A stretch of DNA of 61,276 nucleotides from Bacillota bacterium. GTDB lineage: Bacteria; Bacillota; Sulfobacillia; JAJZYS01; JAJZLH01. A model generated the notes under the pieces. It made no database searches. It was not told the origin of the DNA and was given only the letters and a program-made list of their open reading frames with translations. The translations under genes and the position numbers were made by a program. The DNA lies in the NCBI GenBank assembly GCA_021803575.1, contig JAJZLH010000019.1, positions 1 to 61,276 of the forward strand. Direction: 5' to 3'. The number at the start of each line of letters is the position of its first letter. Positions within the stretch are counted from its first letter, which is position 1. Positions 37,211 to 50,380 of this stretch are shown here, one piece after another.

Positions 37211-37644
37211 CAGAGAACCTCGCAGCTGCCGCCGGCGGCCTCGATCTTGGCTCTGGCGGAGGCAGAAAAGGCGTGGGCGCGCACGGTCAGCTTTCTTCCG
37301 AGCTCACCGTTGCCCAGCACCTTGATCGGGCCCGGCCGGCGCACCAGGCGCCGCTGGCGCAGGAGCTCCGGCGTGATCTCGCTCGCGTCCAGCTCAGCCA
37401 GGGCCCCGATGTTCACCACGTTCACCGTCTTCGGGTCGAGCGGCGTGAAGCCGCGCATCGGCATCCGGCGCTGCAGCGGCATCTGGCCGCCCTCAAAGCC
37501 GGGTCTGATGCTGCCCCCGGCCCGGGCCTTCTGCCCCTTGTGGCCGCGGGTCGACGTCTTGCCATGACCGGAGCCGATACCCCGCCCGATCCGCTTTCTG
37601 GGGTGGCGGGCCCCTTCAGCCGCATGCAGGTCTCCCAGATTCAT
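37210..37644 (-). CDS. rplO: 50S ribosomal protein L15
   Basis: GRGIGSG.GKT, GFEGGQMPL and KIEAAGG motifs. Confidence 0.98.
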   Translation of the reverse strand: MNLGDLHAAEGARHPRKRIGRGIGSGHGKTSTRGHKGQKARAGGSIRPGFEGGQMPLQRRMPMRGFTPLDPKTVNVVNIGALAELDASEITPELLRQRRLVRRPGPIKVLGNGELGRKLTVRAHAFSASARAKIEAAGGSCEVL

Positions 37645-38198
37645 TTGGCCTTGGGCTCCCTTCCCGATTTGGACGTAGGAGAGGCTTTTGGAGACTTGGC
37701 GGCCTTGGCCGGCGTCTTCGTCGGCGCCTTGACCGGCGCCTTGGCCGGAGCCTTGGCGGTCTTCGCCCGGGCCGGCTGCTTCGGGCCCCCCTGGGCTGCC
37801 GTCTTGGCCGGAGCCCTGGAGCGGTGGGCGGCGGGCCGGGACGGCTCTGCGGCTGGCGACTCGGCCACCTTGGAACTGACTTCGGCTTTGGCCGCCTGCC
37901 GCTTGACCGGCGCCGGCGGCTTGGCCAGGGAGGGCTGTTGGGCTGCGGACCTTGGCGCCGATGCAACACCCGGGCGGCGGTGGCGGCGGAAAGTGGGCGT
38001 GATCTCCTGGCCACTCACGGTCTCGGTCACGACCAGGTGGGTGATCTTGCGCACCAGGCCGCGCAGGGACGGCGTGTCCTCGCGGACGACGGACTGATGC
38101 AGCCGGCGCAGGCCCAGCGCTCGGGCCGTATCCATCTGGTCGGACTCGTAGCCGTGGGCGCTTCTCACCAGCGTGATGCGCAACAGTGGCTGTGCCAT
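37641..38198 (-). CDS. rpmD: 50S ribosomal protein L30 with long Lys/Ala/Pro-rich C-terminal extension
   Basis: First ~60 aa match L30 ([23 protein letters not shown]). Lies between rpsE and rplO. Confidence 0.92.
   Translation of the reverse strand: MAQPLLRITLVRSAHGYESDQMDTARALGLRRLHQSVVREDTPSLRGLVRKITHLVVTETVSGQEITPTFRRHRRPGVASAPRSAAQQPSLAKPPAPVKRQAAKAEVSSKVAESPAAEPSRPAAHRSRAPAKTAAQGGPKQPARAKTAKAPAKAPVKAPTKTPAKAAKSPKASPTSKSGREPKAK
37700..37765 (-). repeat. Degenerate 12-bp tandem repeat encoding K-A/T-P-x
   Basis: AAGGCTCCGGCC/AAGGCGCCGGTC/AAGGCGCCGACG/AAGACGCCGGCC, i.e. [16 protein letters not shown]. Confidence 0.75.
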
Positions 38199-38199
38199 G

Positions 38200-38727
38200 T
38201 CAGCCGATCAGCTCCTCGACCGCATCCTCGCGCCGACGCAGCCTGGCCACGTCCTCGCGGCTGCGGAGCTGCTTCAGGGCGTCCACCGTGGCACTGACCA
38301 CATTGTGCGGCGTGTTCGAGCCCAGTGATTTGGTGACGATGTCGCGCAGCCCCACCATCTCCATCACGGCGCGCACCGAGCCGCCGGCGATGATGCCGGT
38401 GCCCTCGCGGGCCGGCTTGATCAGCACCTGACCGGCGCCGTGGTGGCCCAGCACCTCGTGCGGGATGGTGGTCGCCACCATCGGCACGGTGAAGAGGTGC
38501 TTCTTGCCCTTGTCGATGCCCTTGCGGATCGCCTCCGGAATCTCCTGAGCCTTGCCCAGGCCGACGCCGACCCGCCCCTTCTGGTCGCCGACCACAACCA
38601 GGGCCGAGAAGGAAAAGCGCCGTCCGCCCTTCACCACCTTGGCCACCCGGTTGATCGACACCACCCGCTCCTGGAATTCGGAGTCCCGCTCGGAGCGGCG
38701 GTCTCGCTCACGATCTCTGCGTGCCAG
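38200..38727 (-). CDS. rpsE: 30S ribosomal protein S5 (probable CTG start)
   Basis: [16 protein letters not shown] motif. The frame extends to CTG 38727, 8 nt after GGAGG. Confidence 0.97.
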   Translation of the reverse strand: MARRDRERDRRSERDSEFQERVVSINRVAKVVKGGRRFSFSALVVVGDQKGRVGVGLGKAQEIPEAIRKGIDKGKKHLFTVPMVATTIPHEVLGHHGAGQVLIKPAREGTGIIAGGSVRAVMEMVGLRDIVTKSLGSNTPHNVVSATVDALKQLRSREDVARLRRREDAVEELIG

Positions 38728-38754
38728 TTGGAAGACCTCCTTTCGTCGTTCGGA

Positions 38755-39120
38755 TCAGAACTTGAGTCCGGCGGCGCGAGCCGCCTCGGCTAGGGCAGCC
38801 ACTCGGCCATGGTACAGGTAGCCGCCGCGGTCGAACACCACCTGGTCGATGCCCTTGGCCAGCGTCCGCTCGGCGACCAGCTGGCCCACCTCCTTGGCAC
38901 CGTCGATGTTGCCACCGGCGGCCTTGGCCCGTAGCCGCGCATCCAGCGAACTGGCCGACACCAGGGTGTGTCCGCTCTGGTCGTCCACCACCTGGGCGTA
39001 GATGTGTTTGAGGCTGCGGTAGACGACCAGCCTGGGCCGGCCGGTGCTACCGGACACCTTTCCCCTCACCCGGCGGTGGCGAATCTGCCGCCGCTCACTG
39101 CGATCCTCTCGCTTGTGCAT
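38755..39120 (-). CDS. rplR: 50S ribosomal protein L18
   Basis: [14 protein letters not shown] and [14 protein letters not shown] motifs. Confidence 0.98.
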   Translation of the reverse strand: MHKREDRSERRQIRHRRVRGKVSGSTGRPRLVVYRSLKHIYAQVVDDQSGHTLVSASSLDARLRAKAAGGNIDGAKEVGQLVAERTLAKGIDQVVFDRGGYLYHGRVAALAEAARAAGLKF

Positions 39121-39129
39121 GGGTGCCTC

Positions 39130-39669
39130 CTACTTCTTTCCGGCCTTGCCGACCTTGCGTTTGACCCGCTCGCCCTGGTAGCGGATGCCCTTGCCCTGAT
39201 AGGGCTCTGGCGGGCGGACTGAGCGGATCTGGGCCGCCACCTCGCCGACCGTCTCCCGGTTGGCGCCCTTGACGACGACCACCACCGGCTGCGGCACCTC
39301 GAACTGGATGCCGGCTGGCGGCACGATCTCCACCGGGTGGCTGTAGCCGACGGTTAGGGTCAGGTTCTGGCCGCTGACGGCGGCCCGGTAGCCCACTCCC
39401 TGCAGCTCCAGCCGCCGCTCGAAGCCCGTCGACACGCCGGTCACCATGTTGGCGACCAGGGCCCGGTGCAGGCCGTGCATGGCCCGCACCTCCGGCGTGT
39501 CCAAAGACCGCGTCAGCTGCAGCACCCCATCCTGCTGCGAGATGCCGAGGCGGCGGTCGATGGTGCGGGAGAGCTGGCCCTTCGGTCCCTTGACGGAGAC
39601 CGAACTCCCCTTGAGCTCGATCTCCACACCCACCGGCACCGGGATGGGACGCTCACCTACGCGCGACAT
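39130..39669 (-). CDS. rplF: 50S ribosomal protein L6
   Basis: MSRVG, KGPKG, GVGYRA and PEPYQGKGIRY motifs. Confidence 0.98.
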   Translation of the reverse strand: MSRVGERPIPVPVGVEIELKGSSVSVKGPKGQLSRTIDRRLGISQQDGVLQLTRSLDTPEVRAMHGLHRALVANMVTGVSTGFERRLELQGVGYRAAVSGQNLTLTVGYSHPVEIVPPAGIQFEVPQPVVVVVKGANRETVGEVAAQIRSVRPPEPYQGKGIRYQGERVKRKVGKAGKK

Positions 39670-39681
39670 GGCTTCAACTCC

Positions 39682-40077
39682 TCACCAGATGTAGGCCAGG
39701 ATCTCGCCGCCCAGTCCCAGGCGGCGCGCCTCCTGGTCGGTGACGATGCCCTTGGAGGTGGACACGATGGCCACGCCCAACCCGCCCAGCACCTTCGGTA
39801 TCTCGTCCTTGCCGGCGTAGACGCGCAGCCCGGGGTGGCTGATCCGCCGGAGCCCCTGCACCACTCGGCTCTTGTTGGGGCCGTACTTGAGGTGCAGGCG
39901 CAGGTAGGGGTGGCCCTCCTTGGTGGTGCGCTCGTAGCGGCGGATGAAGCCCTCGCTCTGCAGGATGTGGGCGATCGCCTCCTTGACGTGCGACGTCGGC
40001 ATCTCCACCAGCTCGTGGCGGGCGCCGCTGGCGTTGCGGATGCGGGTCAGCATGTCTGCGATGGGATCAGTCATCAT
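39682..40077 (-). CDS. rpsH: 30S ribosomal protein S8
   Basis: [13 protein letters not shown] and [12 protein letters not shown] motifs. Confidence 0.98.
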   Translation of the reverse strand: MMTDPIADMLTRIRNASGARHELVEMPTSHVKEAIAHILQSEGFIRRYERTTKEGHPYLRLHLKYGPNKSRVVQGLRRISHPGLRVYAGKDEIPKVLGGLGVAIVSTSKGIVTDQEARRLGLGGEILAYIW

Positions 40078-40090
40078 TGGCCATCACCTC

Positions 40091-40276
40091 CTACCAGCTG
40101 GACTTGGTCACGCCGGGAAGCTCGCCGCGCTGCGCCCTCTGCCGGAAGCAGTGGCGGCAGAGGCCGAACCGGCGCATGAAGGCCCGGGCCCGCCCGCAGC
40201 CGAGGCAGCGGTTGTAGTTCTGGACCCGGAACTTGTGCGGCCGGCCGGAGCGGATCACCTGCGACTTCTTTGCCAT
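40091..40276 (-). CDS. rpsZ: 30S ribosomal protein S14, Zn-binding type Z
   Basis: 61 aa; [21 protein letters not shown]. Confidence 0.97.
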   Translation of the reverse strand: MAKKSQVIRSGRPHKFRVQNYNRCLGCGRARAFMRRFGLCRHCFRQRAQRGELPGVTKSSW

Positions 40277-40289
40277 GCTCCTCCACCTC

Positions 40290-40829
40290 TCAGTGTCTGA
40301 ACGGGAGACCGAGACTGGCCAACAGCTCCCGGCCCTCTTCGTCGGTGCGGGCGGTGGTGACGACCGTCACGTCCATACCCCGCACCTGGTCGACCTTGTC
40401 GTACTCGATCTCCGGGAACAGGAGCTGCTCCTTGAGGCCCAGAGAGTAGTTGCCCCGCCCGTCGAAGCCGCTCTCCGAGAGTCCCCGGAAGTCTCGCACC
40501 CGGGGCAAGGCCGTGGACACCAGCCGGTCCAGAAAGTCGTACATGCGCTCGCCGCGCAGCGTGACCTTGACCCCGATCGCCATCCCCGCCCGCACCTTGA
40601 AGGCGGAGATGGAGTGCTTGGCCTTGGTGATCACCGGCTTCTGGCCGGTGATGATGGCCATGTCGGAGGCTGCCGAGTCGAGCAGCTTGGAGTTCTGGAT
40701 GGCTGCCCCCACCCCCATGTTGACCACGATCTTCTCCAGGCGCGGCACCTGGTGAAAGTTGGTGTAGCCGAAGCGCTTGGTGAGCGCCGGTACAGACTCC
40801 TTGCGCCACTTGTCGCCGAGACGTGCCAC
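40290..40829 (-). CDS. rplE: 50S ribosomal protein L5
   Basis: [24 protein letters not shown] and FDGRGNY motifs. Confidence 0.98.
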   Translation of the reverse strand: MARLGDKWRKESVPALTKRFGYTNFHQVPRLEKIVVNMGVGAAIQNSKLLDSAASDMAIITGQKPVITKAKHSISAFKVRAGMAIGVKVTLRGERMYDFLDRLVSTALPRVRDFRGLSESGFDGRGNYSLGLKEQLLFPEIEYDKVDQVRGMDVTVVTTARTDEEGRELLASLGLPFRH

Positions 40830-40842
40830 CGTTGCTCCCCCT

Positions 40843-41157
40843 TCAGTCGAGAACGGTGTCACAGCTGGCGCATAGGCGCTGGCTGTGGCCGTCCTCTTTC
40901 ATCTGGCGCTTCACCCGGACCGGCTGGTGGCAGTGGATGCAGTAGAGCATCACGTTGGAGGCGTCGATCGGGCCCTCCTTGGTGATGATGCCGCCCTGCA
41001 TGATCTTCTGGGTCGGCTTCTGGTGGTGCTTTTGCTTGTGCACGCCCTCCACCACCAGCCGGCCCTTGTCGGCCAGCACCCGGAGCACCTTGCCGCGGCT
41101 GCCCCGGTCCTTGCCGGAGATCACCACCACGGTGTCGCCCTTCTTGATGTTTGCCAT
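40843..41157 (-). CDS. rplX: 50S ribosomal protein L24
   Basis: [18 protein letters not shown] motif, [10 protein letters not shown] and two CxxC pairs. Confidence 0.98.
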   Translation of the reverse strand: MANIKKGDTVVVISGKDRGSRGKVLRVLADKGRLVVEGVHKQKHHQKPTQKIMQGGIITKEGPIDASNVMLYCIHCHQPVRVKRQMKEDGHSQRLCASCDTVLD

Positions 41158-41158
41158 C

Positions 41159-41527
41159 TCACATCACCTCCGGAGCCAGGGAGACGATCTTCATGAACTC
41201 CCGCTCCCGCAGCTCCCGGGCCACCGGTCCGAAGATGCGGGTGCCGCGCGGCTCCCGGTCGTCGCGCAGGATGACGGCGGCGTTGTCGTCGAAGCGGATG
41301 TGCGAGCCGTCTGAGCGCTGCTGGGCCCGCCTGGTGCGCACCACCACGGCGTGCACCACATCGCCCTTCTTGACCTGGCCGCCGGGCGCCGCCTCCTTGA
41401 CCGAGGCCACGATCACGTCGCCGATGCGGGCGTAGCGGCGAGTGGAGCCGCCCAGCACCTGGATGCACATCAGCTCCTTGGCGCCGGTGTTGTCGGCGAC
41501 GTTGAGCCTGGTTTGGGACTGGATCAC
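41159..41527 (-). CDS. rplN: 50S ribosomal protein L14
   Basis: [15 protein letters not shown] and GTRIFGPV motifs. Confidence 0.98.
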   Translation of the reverse strand: MIQSQTRLNVADNTGAKELMCIQVLGGSTRRYARIGDVIVASVKEAAPGGQVKKGDVVHAVVVRTRRAQQRSDGSHIRFDDNAAVILRDDREPRGTRIFGPVARELREREFMKIVSLAPEVM

Positions 41528-41538
41528 GGCCTAACCTC

Positions 41539-41808
41539 CTATCCCTTGCGAGCGGCCACGATGTGGGCCACCCGCCAGCGCTTGTCATGGGACATGGGCC
41601 GTGCCTCGACGATCTCGACCAGGTCGCCGACCTTGGCCTGGTTGGCCTCGTCGTGGGCCTTGAGGCGGGTGGTCTTGCGGATGCGGCGGCCGAACACCGG
41701 GTGTTCGGTCAGCCGTTCCACCTCCACCACCACCGTCTTGTCCATCTTGTCGGACACCACCAGGCCGGTGCGCGCCTTGCGCTGGTTGCGCACGGGTTGG
41801 TCGCTCAT
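41539..41808 (-). CDS. rpsQ: 30S ribosomal protein S17
   Basis: [15 protein letters not shown] and KRW motifs. Confidence 0.98.
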   Translation of the reverse strand: MSDQPVRNQRKARTGLVVSDKMDKTVVVEVERLTEHPVFGRRIRKTTRLKAHDEANQAKVGDLVEIVEARPMSHDKRWRVAHIVAARKG

Positions 41809-42011
41809 GCCCTCTCCTCCTCAGCCAGTTGGCGCTCGTTCCAGATGGTGGCGACCCGGGCGATGTCCTTGCGCACCTGCCGGATGCGGGAGGGGTTCTC
41901 AAGGCGGCTGGTGGCCGCCTGGAAGCGCAGGTTGAACAGCTCGGTCTTGAGCTGGCTGAGCTTTCCGGTCAGTTCGCTGTCGCTCAGCGCTCGCACCTCA
42001 GATGCTTTCAT
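41805..42011 (-). CDS. rpmC: 50S ribosomal protein L29
   Basis: ELFNLRFQ and RKDIARVAT motifs. Confidence 0.97.
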   Translation of the reverse strand: MKASEVRALSDSELTGKLSQLKTELFNLRFQAATSRLENPSRIRQVRKDIARVATIWNERQLAEEERA

Positions 42012-42435
42012 GGGCCACCTCCCCGCCCGTCTCGCGGGCCACGAACTTGGTGGCGATCGGCAGCTTGTGGCCGGCCAGGCGCATCGCTTCCTTGGCCGTC
42101 GCCTCGTCCACGCCGGCCATCTCGAACATCACCAGGCCCGGCTTGACCACGGCCACGTAGTACTCGATCGGGCCCTTGCCCGAGCCCATCCGCACCTCGG
42201 CCGGCTTCTTGGTGTAGGGCTTGTCCGGGAAGATGCGGATCCACACCTTGCCCACCCGCTTGATGTGCCGGGTCAGCGCCACCCGCGCCGACTCGATCTG
42301 GCGGTCGGTGATCCAGGCCGGCTCCATCGCCATCAGCCCGTAGTCCCCGAAATGCACGGTGTCGCCGCGGGTGGCCCGGCCGGCCCGCCGGCCGCGCTGC
42401 TGCTTGCGGTACTTGCTGCGCTTGGGCGCCAGCAT
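41998..42435 (-). CDS. rplP: 50S ribosomal protein L16
   Basis: [24 protein letters not shown] and RMGSGKG motifs. ATG at 42435. Confidence 0.98.
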   Translation of the reverse strand: MLAPKRSKYRKQQRGRRAGRATRGDTVHFGDYGLMAMEPAWITDRQIESARVALTRHIKRVGKVWIRIFPDKPYTKKPAEVRMGSGKGPIEYYVAVVKPGLVMFEMAGVDEATAKEAMRLAGHKLPIATKFVARETGGEVAHESI

Positions 42436-43163
42436 CAGGCACCACCTCCCGGCACGGTCTGAGCCACCGGCGGCTGAAAGGCCGGCTGCCCCTCGGTCCC
42501 GGCCGCCTGGCTGGCCTGCGCCGGCGCAGGCGCCTGGCCTGGGTAGACCTCGCCCTTGTTGATCCACACCTTGACGCCGATCTGGCCGTAGGTGGTCTTG
42601 GCCTCGGCGAACCCGTAGTCGATGTCGGCGCGCAGAGTGTGCAGCGGCACGGAGCCCTCCCAGTACCACTCACGGCGGTGCATCTCGGCGCCGCCCAGGC
42701 GCCCGGAGACCATCACCTTGACGCCCTTGGCGTTCTGGCGCATCGCCCGCTGCACCGCCTGGCGCATCGCCCGCCGGAAGGCCACCCGCCGCTCCAGGGC
42801 GGTCGCCACCGACTCTGCCACCAGCTGCGCCTCCACGTCCGGCGTCTTGATCTCGATGATGTTGACGAAGGTCTGCTTGTCGGTCAGGGCCTCCAGCCGC
42901 CGGCGCAGCGCCTCCACGCCCTGGCCGCCCTTGCCGATCACGACGCCCGGCTTGGCGGTGTGGATGTAGAGCCGGAGCCGGTTGGTGGCCCGCTCGATCT
43001 CGATCTTGGAGATGCCGGCGTTGGCCAGCTGGCGCTTCACCGTCTTGCGCAGGAGGTCGTCTTCGACCAGATTGGCCACGTAGCTCTTGCGCCCGAACCA
43101 CCTGGAGTCCCAGGTGTAGATGACGCCGATCCGCATCGACTTGGGATTGACCTTCTGACCCAT
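42435..43163 (-). CDS. rpsC: 30S ribosomal protein S3
   Basis: [16 protein letters not shown] and [12 protein letters not shown] motifs. Confidence 0.98.
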   Translation of the reverse strand: MGQKVNPKSMRIGVIYTWDSRWFGRKSYVANLVEDDLLRKTVKRQLANAGISKIEIERATNRLRLYIHTAKPGVVIGKGGQGVEALRRRLEALTDKQTFVNIIEIKTPDVEAQLVAESVATALERRVAFRRAMRQAVQRAMRQNAKGVKVMVSGRLGGAEMHRREWYWEGSVPLHTLRADIDYGFAEAKTTYGQIGVKVWINKGEVYPGQAPAPAQASQAAGTEGQPAFQPPVAQTVPGGGA

Positions 43164-43167
43164 CTGG

Positions 43168-43524
43168 CTATCCCTCCCTCTCTGAGACGACGATGGTGAT
43201 GTGCGACGTGCGCTTCAGGATGGCGAACATCTGGCCGCGAAAGCGGGGATGGGCCCGCTTCAGGGTCGGCCCCTCGTCCACCATGGCCTCGGCCACCACC
43301 AGCTCCTCGCGGTCCAGCTGGAAGTTGTTCTCGGCGTTGGCAACCGCCGACTTCAACACCTTGGCCACCTCCGGCGAGGCGGCCTTGGGCGTGAAGTTGA
43401 GGATGGCCAGGGCCTGGTCGACCTGCTTGCCGCGGATCTGGTCGATCACGATCCGCACCTTGCGCGGCGCGATCCTGACGTGACGGGCGACGGCCTTGGC
43501 GCTGGCGCCGACTGCGCTCGCCAT
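43168..43524 (-). CDS. rplV: 50S ribosomal protein L22
   Basis: [17 protein letters not shown] and KRTSHIT motifs. Confidence 0.98.
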   Translation of the reverse strand: MASAVGASAKAVARHVRIAPRKVRIVIDQIRGKQVDQALAILNFTPKAASPEVAKVLKSAVANAENNFQLDREELVVAEAMVDEGPTLKRAHPRFRGQMFAILKRTSHITIVVSEREG

Positions 43525-43808
43525 CACTTCAGCGCCGAGGAGCGCTCGGTGTGCGCTCCATGCCCCTTGAAGGTGCGGGTGGGGGCGAACTCACCGAGGC
43601 GATGGCCGACCATCTCCTCGGTCAGGAAGACTGGCACGTGCTTCCTGCCGTCGTGCACGGCCAGGGTGTGGCCGACCATCTCCGGCATGATCACGGCCGC
43701 CCTGGCCCAGGTCTTGATGATGCGCCGCTCGCCCTGGCGGTTCATGCTCACCACCTTGGCCATCAGCGAGGCCGGTACGTACGGTCCCTTCTTGGTGGAG
43801 CGTCCCAT
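43524..43808 (-). CDS. rpsS: 30S ribosomal protein S19
   Basis: KKGPY, IKTWAR and [11 protein letters not shown] motifs. Confidence 0.98.
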   Translation of the reverse strand: MGRSTKKGPYVPASLMAKVVSMNRQGERRIIKTWARAAVIMPEMVGHTLAVHDGRKHVPVFLTEEMVGHRLGEFAPTRTFKGHGAHTERSSALK

Positions 43809-43818
43809 GGCTACCTCC

Positions 43819-44652
<834 letters not shown>

Positions 44653-44655
44653 CTC

Positions 44656-44940
44656 CTACACCCCCTCGAAGAACTCGATGGTCTTGCCGGGAGCGAGCTG
44701 GACGACGGCTTTCTTCCAGTCCGACTGGTAGCCCGAGGTCTTGCCCTGGCGGCGGAGCTTGCCGTGCACCCGGCTGGTGCGCACCGCCGTCACCGGCACC
44801 TTGAAGAAGGTCTCGACGGCGTGGCGGATCTCCGGCTTGGTGGCCTTGGGGTGGACGCGGAAGGTGTAGACACCCGCCGCCATCTGGGCGTTCGTCTTCT
44901 CCGTGACCAGGGGGCGGATCAGCACCTGCTCCACATTCAT
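44656..44940 (-). CDS. rplW: 50S ribosomal protein L23
   Basis: RPLVTEK, ATKPEIR and WKKAVV motifs. ATG at 44940. Confidence 0.97.
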   Translation of the reverse strand: MNVEQVLIRPLVTEKTNAQMAAGVYTFRVHPKATKPEIRHAVETFFKVPVTAVRTSRVHGKLRRQGKTSGYQSDWKKAVVQLAPGKTIEFFEGV

Positions 44941-45554
44941 CGCCCGCTCGCCTCCCCCAGCGCTGCCAAGGCGTCGTCGGTCAGGACCAGACAGGGGTGG
45001 GAGACCACCGCGTAGGCGTTCAGGTCGCGCACCATCATCGCCGACGCACCGGGCAGGTTGCGGATGGACAGCACGGCGTGGCGCTCCAGCTGGCCGGTCA
45101 CCAAGAGGGCGCCATTGGCGCCCACGGCCTCCAGCAAGGCAGCCATCTGCTGGGTCTTCGGCGCCTCGAAGGCCAGCTCCGACACCACCCGCACCTGGCC
45201 CTCGTTCGCCCGCTGGGCGAGGGCCGCGGCCAGTGCCTGCCGCTTCAGGCGGGCCGGGATGGCCAGCCGGTAGTCGCGCGGGCTGGGCCCGAACACGATG
45301 CCGCCCTTCCGCCAGTGCGGCGAGCGGATGGAGCCCTGGCGGGCCCGGCCGGTGTGCTTCTGGCGCCACGGCTTGCGGCCGCCGCCGCGCACCTGGGCCC
45401 TGGTCTTGACCGCCGATGTGCCCTGGCGCTGGTTGGCCATATAGGCCACCACCGCTTGGTGCAGGAGCGCCTCGTTCACGGCGGACTCGAACACCTCGGG
45501 CAAGGTGGCCTCGCCCAGAGCCTCGCCAACAGCGCTGTACCTGGGCGCCTTCAC
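44937..45554 (-). CDS. rplD: 50S ribosomal protein L4
   Basis: RQGT, GGGRKPWRQKHTGRARQGS and GGIVFGP motifs. Confidence 0.98.
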   Translation of the reverse strand: MKAPRYSAVGEALGEATLPEVFESAVNEALLHQAVVAYMANQRQGTSAVKTRAQVRGGGRKPWRQKHTGRARQGSIRSPHWRKGGIVFGPSPRDYRLAIPARLKRQALAAALAQRANEGQVRVVSELAFEAPKTQQMAALLEAVGANGALLVTGQLERHAVLSIRNLPGASAMMVRDLNAYAVVSHPCLVLTDDALAALGEASGR

Positions 45555-46186
45555 GACTTCACCCGCCCCTTGATCGCATCGGTGACGCGGAGCAGGGTCC
45601 CTGCCGGTCCCGGCACCGCGCCCTTGACCAGAAGCAGCTGCTGGTCCGGGTGGACCGCCACCACCGTCAGGTTCTGGACCGTGACCTGCTCGTGCCCGTA
45701 GCGGCCGGGCATCTTGCGGCCGCGAAAGACCTTGCCGCCGCCGCCCGACATGCGCGGTCCCAGCGACCCGGTGCGGCGGTGGTACTTGGAGCCGTGGGCC
45801 ATCGGCCCGCGCTGGAAGTTCCAGCGCTTGATCACGCCGCTGAACCCCTTGCCCCGGGTCAGGCCGCTGACGTCGACCACGGCGCCGGCCTCAAACTGGT
45901 CGACACCGAGTTCGTCTCCGGCGCCAATCGCCGGGTCCAGCCCGCGCAGCTCCCGGAGCCGCTCCGGGGTGAGTCCCAGCGCCTTGGTCTGGCCGGCCAC
46001 CGGGCGGGTGACCTTCTTGCGCTGGCCGATGGCCACCACTGCCGCCTCATAGCCGTCCTTGGCCTCGGTCTTGACTCTCACCACCCGGCAGGATGGGGCC
46101 AGCAGCACCGTCACCGGCACCGCCTTGCCGGCGTCGGTGAACACCTGCGTCATGCCCAGCTTCTTGGCGAAGATTGCCCGGCTCAT
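45551..46186 (-). CDS. rplC: 50S ribosomal protein L3
   Basis: [18 protein letters not shown] and VKGAVPG motifs. ATG at 46186. Confidence 0.98.
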   Translation of the reverse strand: MSRAIFAKKLGMTQVFTDAGKAVPVTVLLAPSCRVVRVKTEAKDGYEAAVVAIGQRKKVTRPVAGQTKALGLTPERLRELRGLDPAIGAGDELGVDQFEAGAVVDVSGLTRGKGFSGVIKRWNFQRGPMAHGSKYHRRTGSLGPRMSGGGGKVFRGRKMPGRYGHEQVTVQNLTVVAVHPDQQLLLVKGAVPGPAGTLLRVTDAIKGRVKS

Positions 46187-46196
46187 GGCTGCCTCC

Positions 46197-46505
46197 TCAG
46201 AGCTTGATCTCGATGTCCACACCGGCCGGCATGTCGAGCCGCATCAGGGCGTCGACCGTCTTCGGCGTGGGCTCCAGGATGTCGATCAGGCGCTTGTGGG
46301 TGCGGATCTCGTACTGCTCGCGGATGTCCTTCTCGCCGTTGGGGGCGGTGAGGATGGTGAACAGGCTGCGGTCGGTCGGCAGCGGGATCGGTCCCACCAC
46401 GGTCGACCCGTGCCGCCTGACGGTGTCCACGATGCGCTCGGCCGACTGGTCGAGCACGCGGTGGTCGTAGGCCTTCAGCCGGATCCGGATCTTCTGCTTC
46501 GCCAC
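46197..46505 (-). CDS. rpsJ: 30S ribosomal protein S10
   Basis: [17 protein letters not shown] and RTHKRLIDI motifs. Confidence 0.98.
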   Translation of the reverse strand: MAKQKIRIRLKAYDHRVLDQSAERIVDTVRRHGSTVVGPIPLPTDRSLFTILTAPNGEKDIREQYEIRTHKRLIDILEPTPKTVDALMRLDMPAGVDIEIKL

Positions 46506-46518
46506 CTCAGATCGCCGC

Positions 46519-47721
<1,203 letters not shown>

Positions 47722-47768
47722 GACTCTTCTCTGCCTCCTCCCCGCTAGGGGTCAGCTTAAGGAATCCC

Positions 47769-49880
47769 TCACTTGGACTCGCCGCGGCTCTTGACCACGG
47801 CTTCGGTGATGTGCCGGGGCACCGGGTCGTACTGGGCGAACTGCATGGTGTAGGTGCCGCGGCCCTGGGTGCGCGAGCGCAGGTCGGTGGCATACCCGAA
47901 CATCTCGCCCAAGGGCACCGTGCCCCGGATCACCTGCATCTTGCCTCTGGCCTCCATGCCCTGGATCTGGCCGCGCCGGCTGTTCAGGTCGCCGATCACG
48001 TCTCCCATGTACTCCTCCGGTACGATCACCTCCACCATCATCACCGGCTCGAGCAGCGTGGGGCCAGCCTTGGCTGCGGCTGACTTGATCGCCATCGAGC
48101 CGGCAATCTTGAACGCCATCTCGGAAGAGTCCACCTCGTGGTAGGAGCCGTCGACCAGGGCGACCTTGAGGTCGATGGTCGGATAGCCAGCCACCACACC
48201 GGTCAGGAGCGCCTCCCTGACGCCGGCTTCCACTGGCGCCACGTACTCCCGGGGCACCACGCCGCCGACGATCTTCGACTCGAACACCACCCCGGCGCCC
48301 CGCTCCAGGGGCTCCACCTCCAGGTAGACGTGGCCGTACTGGCCGCGCCCGCCGGTCTGGCGGATGTACTTGCCCTCCGCCTTGGCCGGCTGGGTGATGG
48401 TCTCCTTGTAGGCGACCTGCGGCTGGCCGACGTTGGCGGCCACCTTGAACTCGCGCAAGAGGCGGTCGACGATGATTTCGAGGTGCAGCTCACCCATGCC
48501 CGAGATGATGGTCTGGCCGGTCTCCTGGTCGGTCATCATGCGGAAGGTGGGGTCCTCCTCGGCCAGCTTGACCAGGCTCTGGCCCATCTTGTCTTGGTCG
48601 GCCTTTGTCTTGGGCTCGATGGCGACCGAGATCACCGGCTCCGGGAACTGCATCGACTCCAGCACGATCGGCTTGTCTTCGATGGTCAAGGTGTCGCCGG
48701 TGGTGGTGTCCTTCAGCCCGACTGCCGCCACGATGTCGCCGGTCGCCACCTCGTGCACCTCTTCGCGGTGGTTGGCGTGCATGCGAAGTAGGCGGCTGAT
48801 CCGCTCGCGCCGCCCCTTCGAGCTGTTGTACACATAGGAGCCGGCGGCCAGCTTTCCGGAGTACACCCGGAAGAAGCACAGCTTGCCGACGAAGGGGTCG
48901 GTGGCGATCTTGAAGGCGAGGGCGGCGAAGGGCTCGTCATCGGAGGCGGCCCGCATCGCCGGCTCCTCGCTGCCCGGCAGCACACCGCTCACCGGCGGCA
49001 CGTCGAGCGGTGAGGGCAGGTAGTCGACCACGGCGTCGAGCAGGCGCTGGACGCCCTTGTTGCGGTAGGAGGCGCCGGCCAGGACCGGGGTCAGGGTGTT
49101 GTTCAGGCAACCCTTGCGCAAGGCAGCCTTGAGCTCGTCCGGCGAGATCTCCAGGCCGTCCAGGTAGCGCTCCATCAGCACGTCGTCGTACTCGGCCGCC
49201 GCTTCCAGCATCACCTCGCGCCAGTGCAGCGCCTCTTCCACCATCTCCTCGGGAATCGGTACAATCTCGCTCTTCTGGCCCAGGTCGTCCAGGAAAATCA
49301 CAGCCTGCATCGCCACTAGGTCGACCAGGCCGCGGAAGGTGTCCTCCTTGCCGATCGGCAGCTGCACCGGGATGGCCCGGGTGCCCAGGCGGTCCTCCAT
49401 CATGGCCACCGAGTGGAAGAAGTCGGCGCCCACCGAGTCCATCTTGTTCATGTAGGCGATGCGCGGCACCTGGTAGCGGTCGGCCTGCCGCCAGACCGTC
49501 TCCGACTGCGGCTCCACACCGCCCTTGGCATCGAAGACGGCGATGGCGCCGTCCAGCACGCGCAGGCTCCGCTCCACCTCGACGGTGAAGTCCACGTGCC
49601 CGGGCGTATCAATGATGTTGATGCGGTGATCGCCCCACGAACAGGTGGTGGCCGCAGAGGTGATGGTGATGCCGCGCTCCTGCTCCTGCACCATCCAGTC
49701 CATGGTGGCCGTGCCCTCGTGCACCTCGCCCAGCCGATGGACGCGCCCTGTGTAGAACAGCATGCGCTCGGTGGTGGTGGTCTTCCCGGCGTCGATGTGG
49801 GCCATGATGCCGATGTTGCGGAGATGGGCGATCTCGTCCAGGCGCTCCGGACTCATGCGCTGATCCACTGCCTGTGCCAT
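47769..49880 (-). CDS. fusA: Elongation factor G
   Basis: [22 protein letters not shown] and GMGELHL motifs. Confidence 0.99.
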   Translation of the reverse strand: MAQAVDQRMSPERLDEIAHLRNIGIMAHIDAGKTTTTERMLFYTGRVHRLGEVHEGTATMDWMVQEQERGITITSAATTCSWGDHRINIIDTPGHVDFTVEVERSLRVLDGAIAVFDAKGGVEPQSETVWRQADRYQVPRIAYMNKMDSVGADFFHSVAMMEDRLGTRAIPVQLPIGKEDTFRGLVDLVAMQAVIFLDDLGQKSEIVPIPEEMVEEALHWREVMLEAAAEYDDVLMERYLDGLEISPDELKAALRKGCLNNTLTPVLAGASYRNKGVQRLLDAVVDYLPSPLDVPPVSGVLPGSEEPAMRAASDDEPFAALAFKIATDPFVGKLCFFRVYSGKLAAGSYVYNSSKGRRERISRLLRMHANHREEVHEVATGDIVAAVGLKDTTTGDTLTIEDKPIVLESMQFPEPVISVAIEPKTKADQDKMGQSLVKLAEEDPTFRMMTDQETGQTIISGMGELHLEIIVDRLLREFKVAANVGQPQVAYKETITQPAKAEGKYIRQTGGRGQYGHVYLEVEPLERGAGVVFESKIVGGVVPREYVAPVEAGVREALLTGVVAGYPTIDLKVALVDGSYHEVDSSEMAFKIAGSMAIKSAAAKAGPTLLEPVMMVEVIVPEEYMGDVIGDLNSRRGQIQGMEARGKMQVIRGTVPLGEMFGYATDLRSRTQGRGTYTMQFAQYDPVPRHITEAVVKSRGESK

Positions 49881-49885
49881 CCCGC

Positions 49886-50356
49886 TCACCACCTGTAGTG
49901 GGCGAACGGCCGGTTGGCCTCCGCCATGCGGTGGACGTCCTCGCGCCGCCTGACGGCGCCGCCCTGTCCGATGAAGGCGTCAGCCAGCTCGCCGGCCAGC
50001 CGCTCGACCATGGTCCGCTCCGAGCGCTGCCGGGCGAACTGCACCAGCCAGCGCAGGCCCAGGGAGAGCCGGCGCTCAGGGCGCACCTCCACCGGCACCT
50101 GATAGGTTGACCCGCCGACCCGGCGGGGACGGACTTCCAGGACCGGCATGATGTTCTTGAGGGCGCCGTCCAGGAGTTCCGGCGCCGGCTGCCCCACCTT
50201 CTGGCCGGCCAGGGTGAAGGCGCCATACACGATCTTCTCAGCCTGGGTCTTGTCGCCGGAGTGCATGACCTTGTTGGTGAGGCGCGTCACCACCTCTGAC
50301 CCGTACAGGGGGTCAGGAGCGAAGTGGCGGTCCGGAATGTGGCCTCTCCTGGGCAA
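49886..50356 (-). CDS. rpsG: 30S ribosomal protein S7
   Basis: [16 protein letters not shown] and HRMAEAN motifs. Confidence 0.98.
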   Translation of the reverse strand: MPRRGHIPDRHFAPDPLYGSEVVTRLTNKVMHSGDKTQAEKIVYGAFTLAGQKVGQPAPELLDGALKNIMPVLEVRPRRVGGSTYQVPVEVRPERRLSLGLRWLVQFARQRSERTMVERLAGELADAFIGQGGAVRRREDVHRMAEANRPFAHYRW

Positions 50357-50380
50357 GTTGGGTCCTCCTCGTGGCGGTCG

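Noticed and set aside
37700-37765. Repeats as a possible CRISPR or other non-coding array
   Set aside because: They are degenerate in-frame 12-mers coding KAPx within rpmD, with no spacers and no cas genes.
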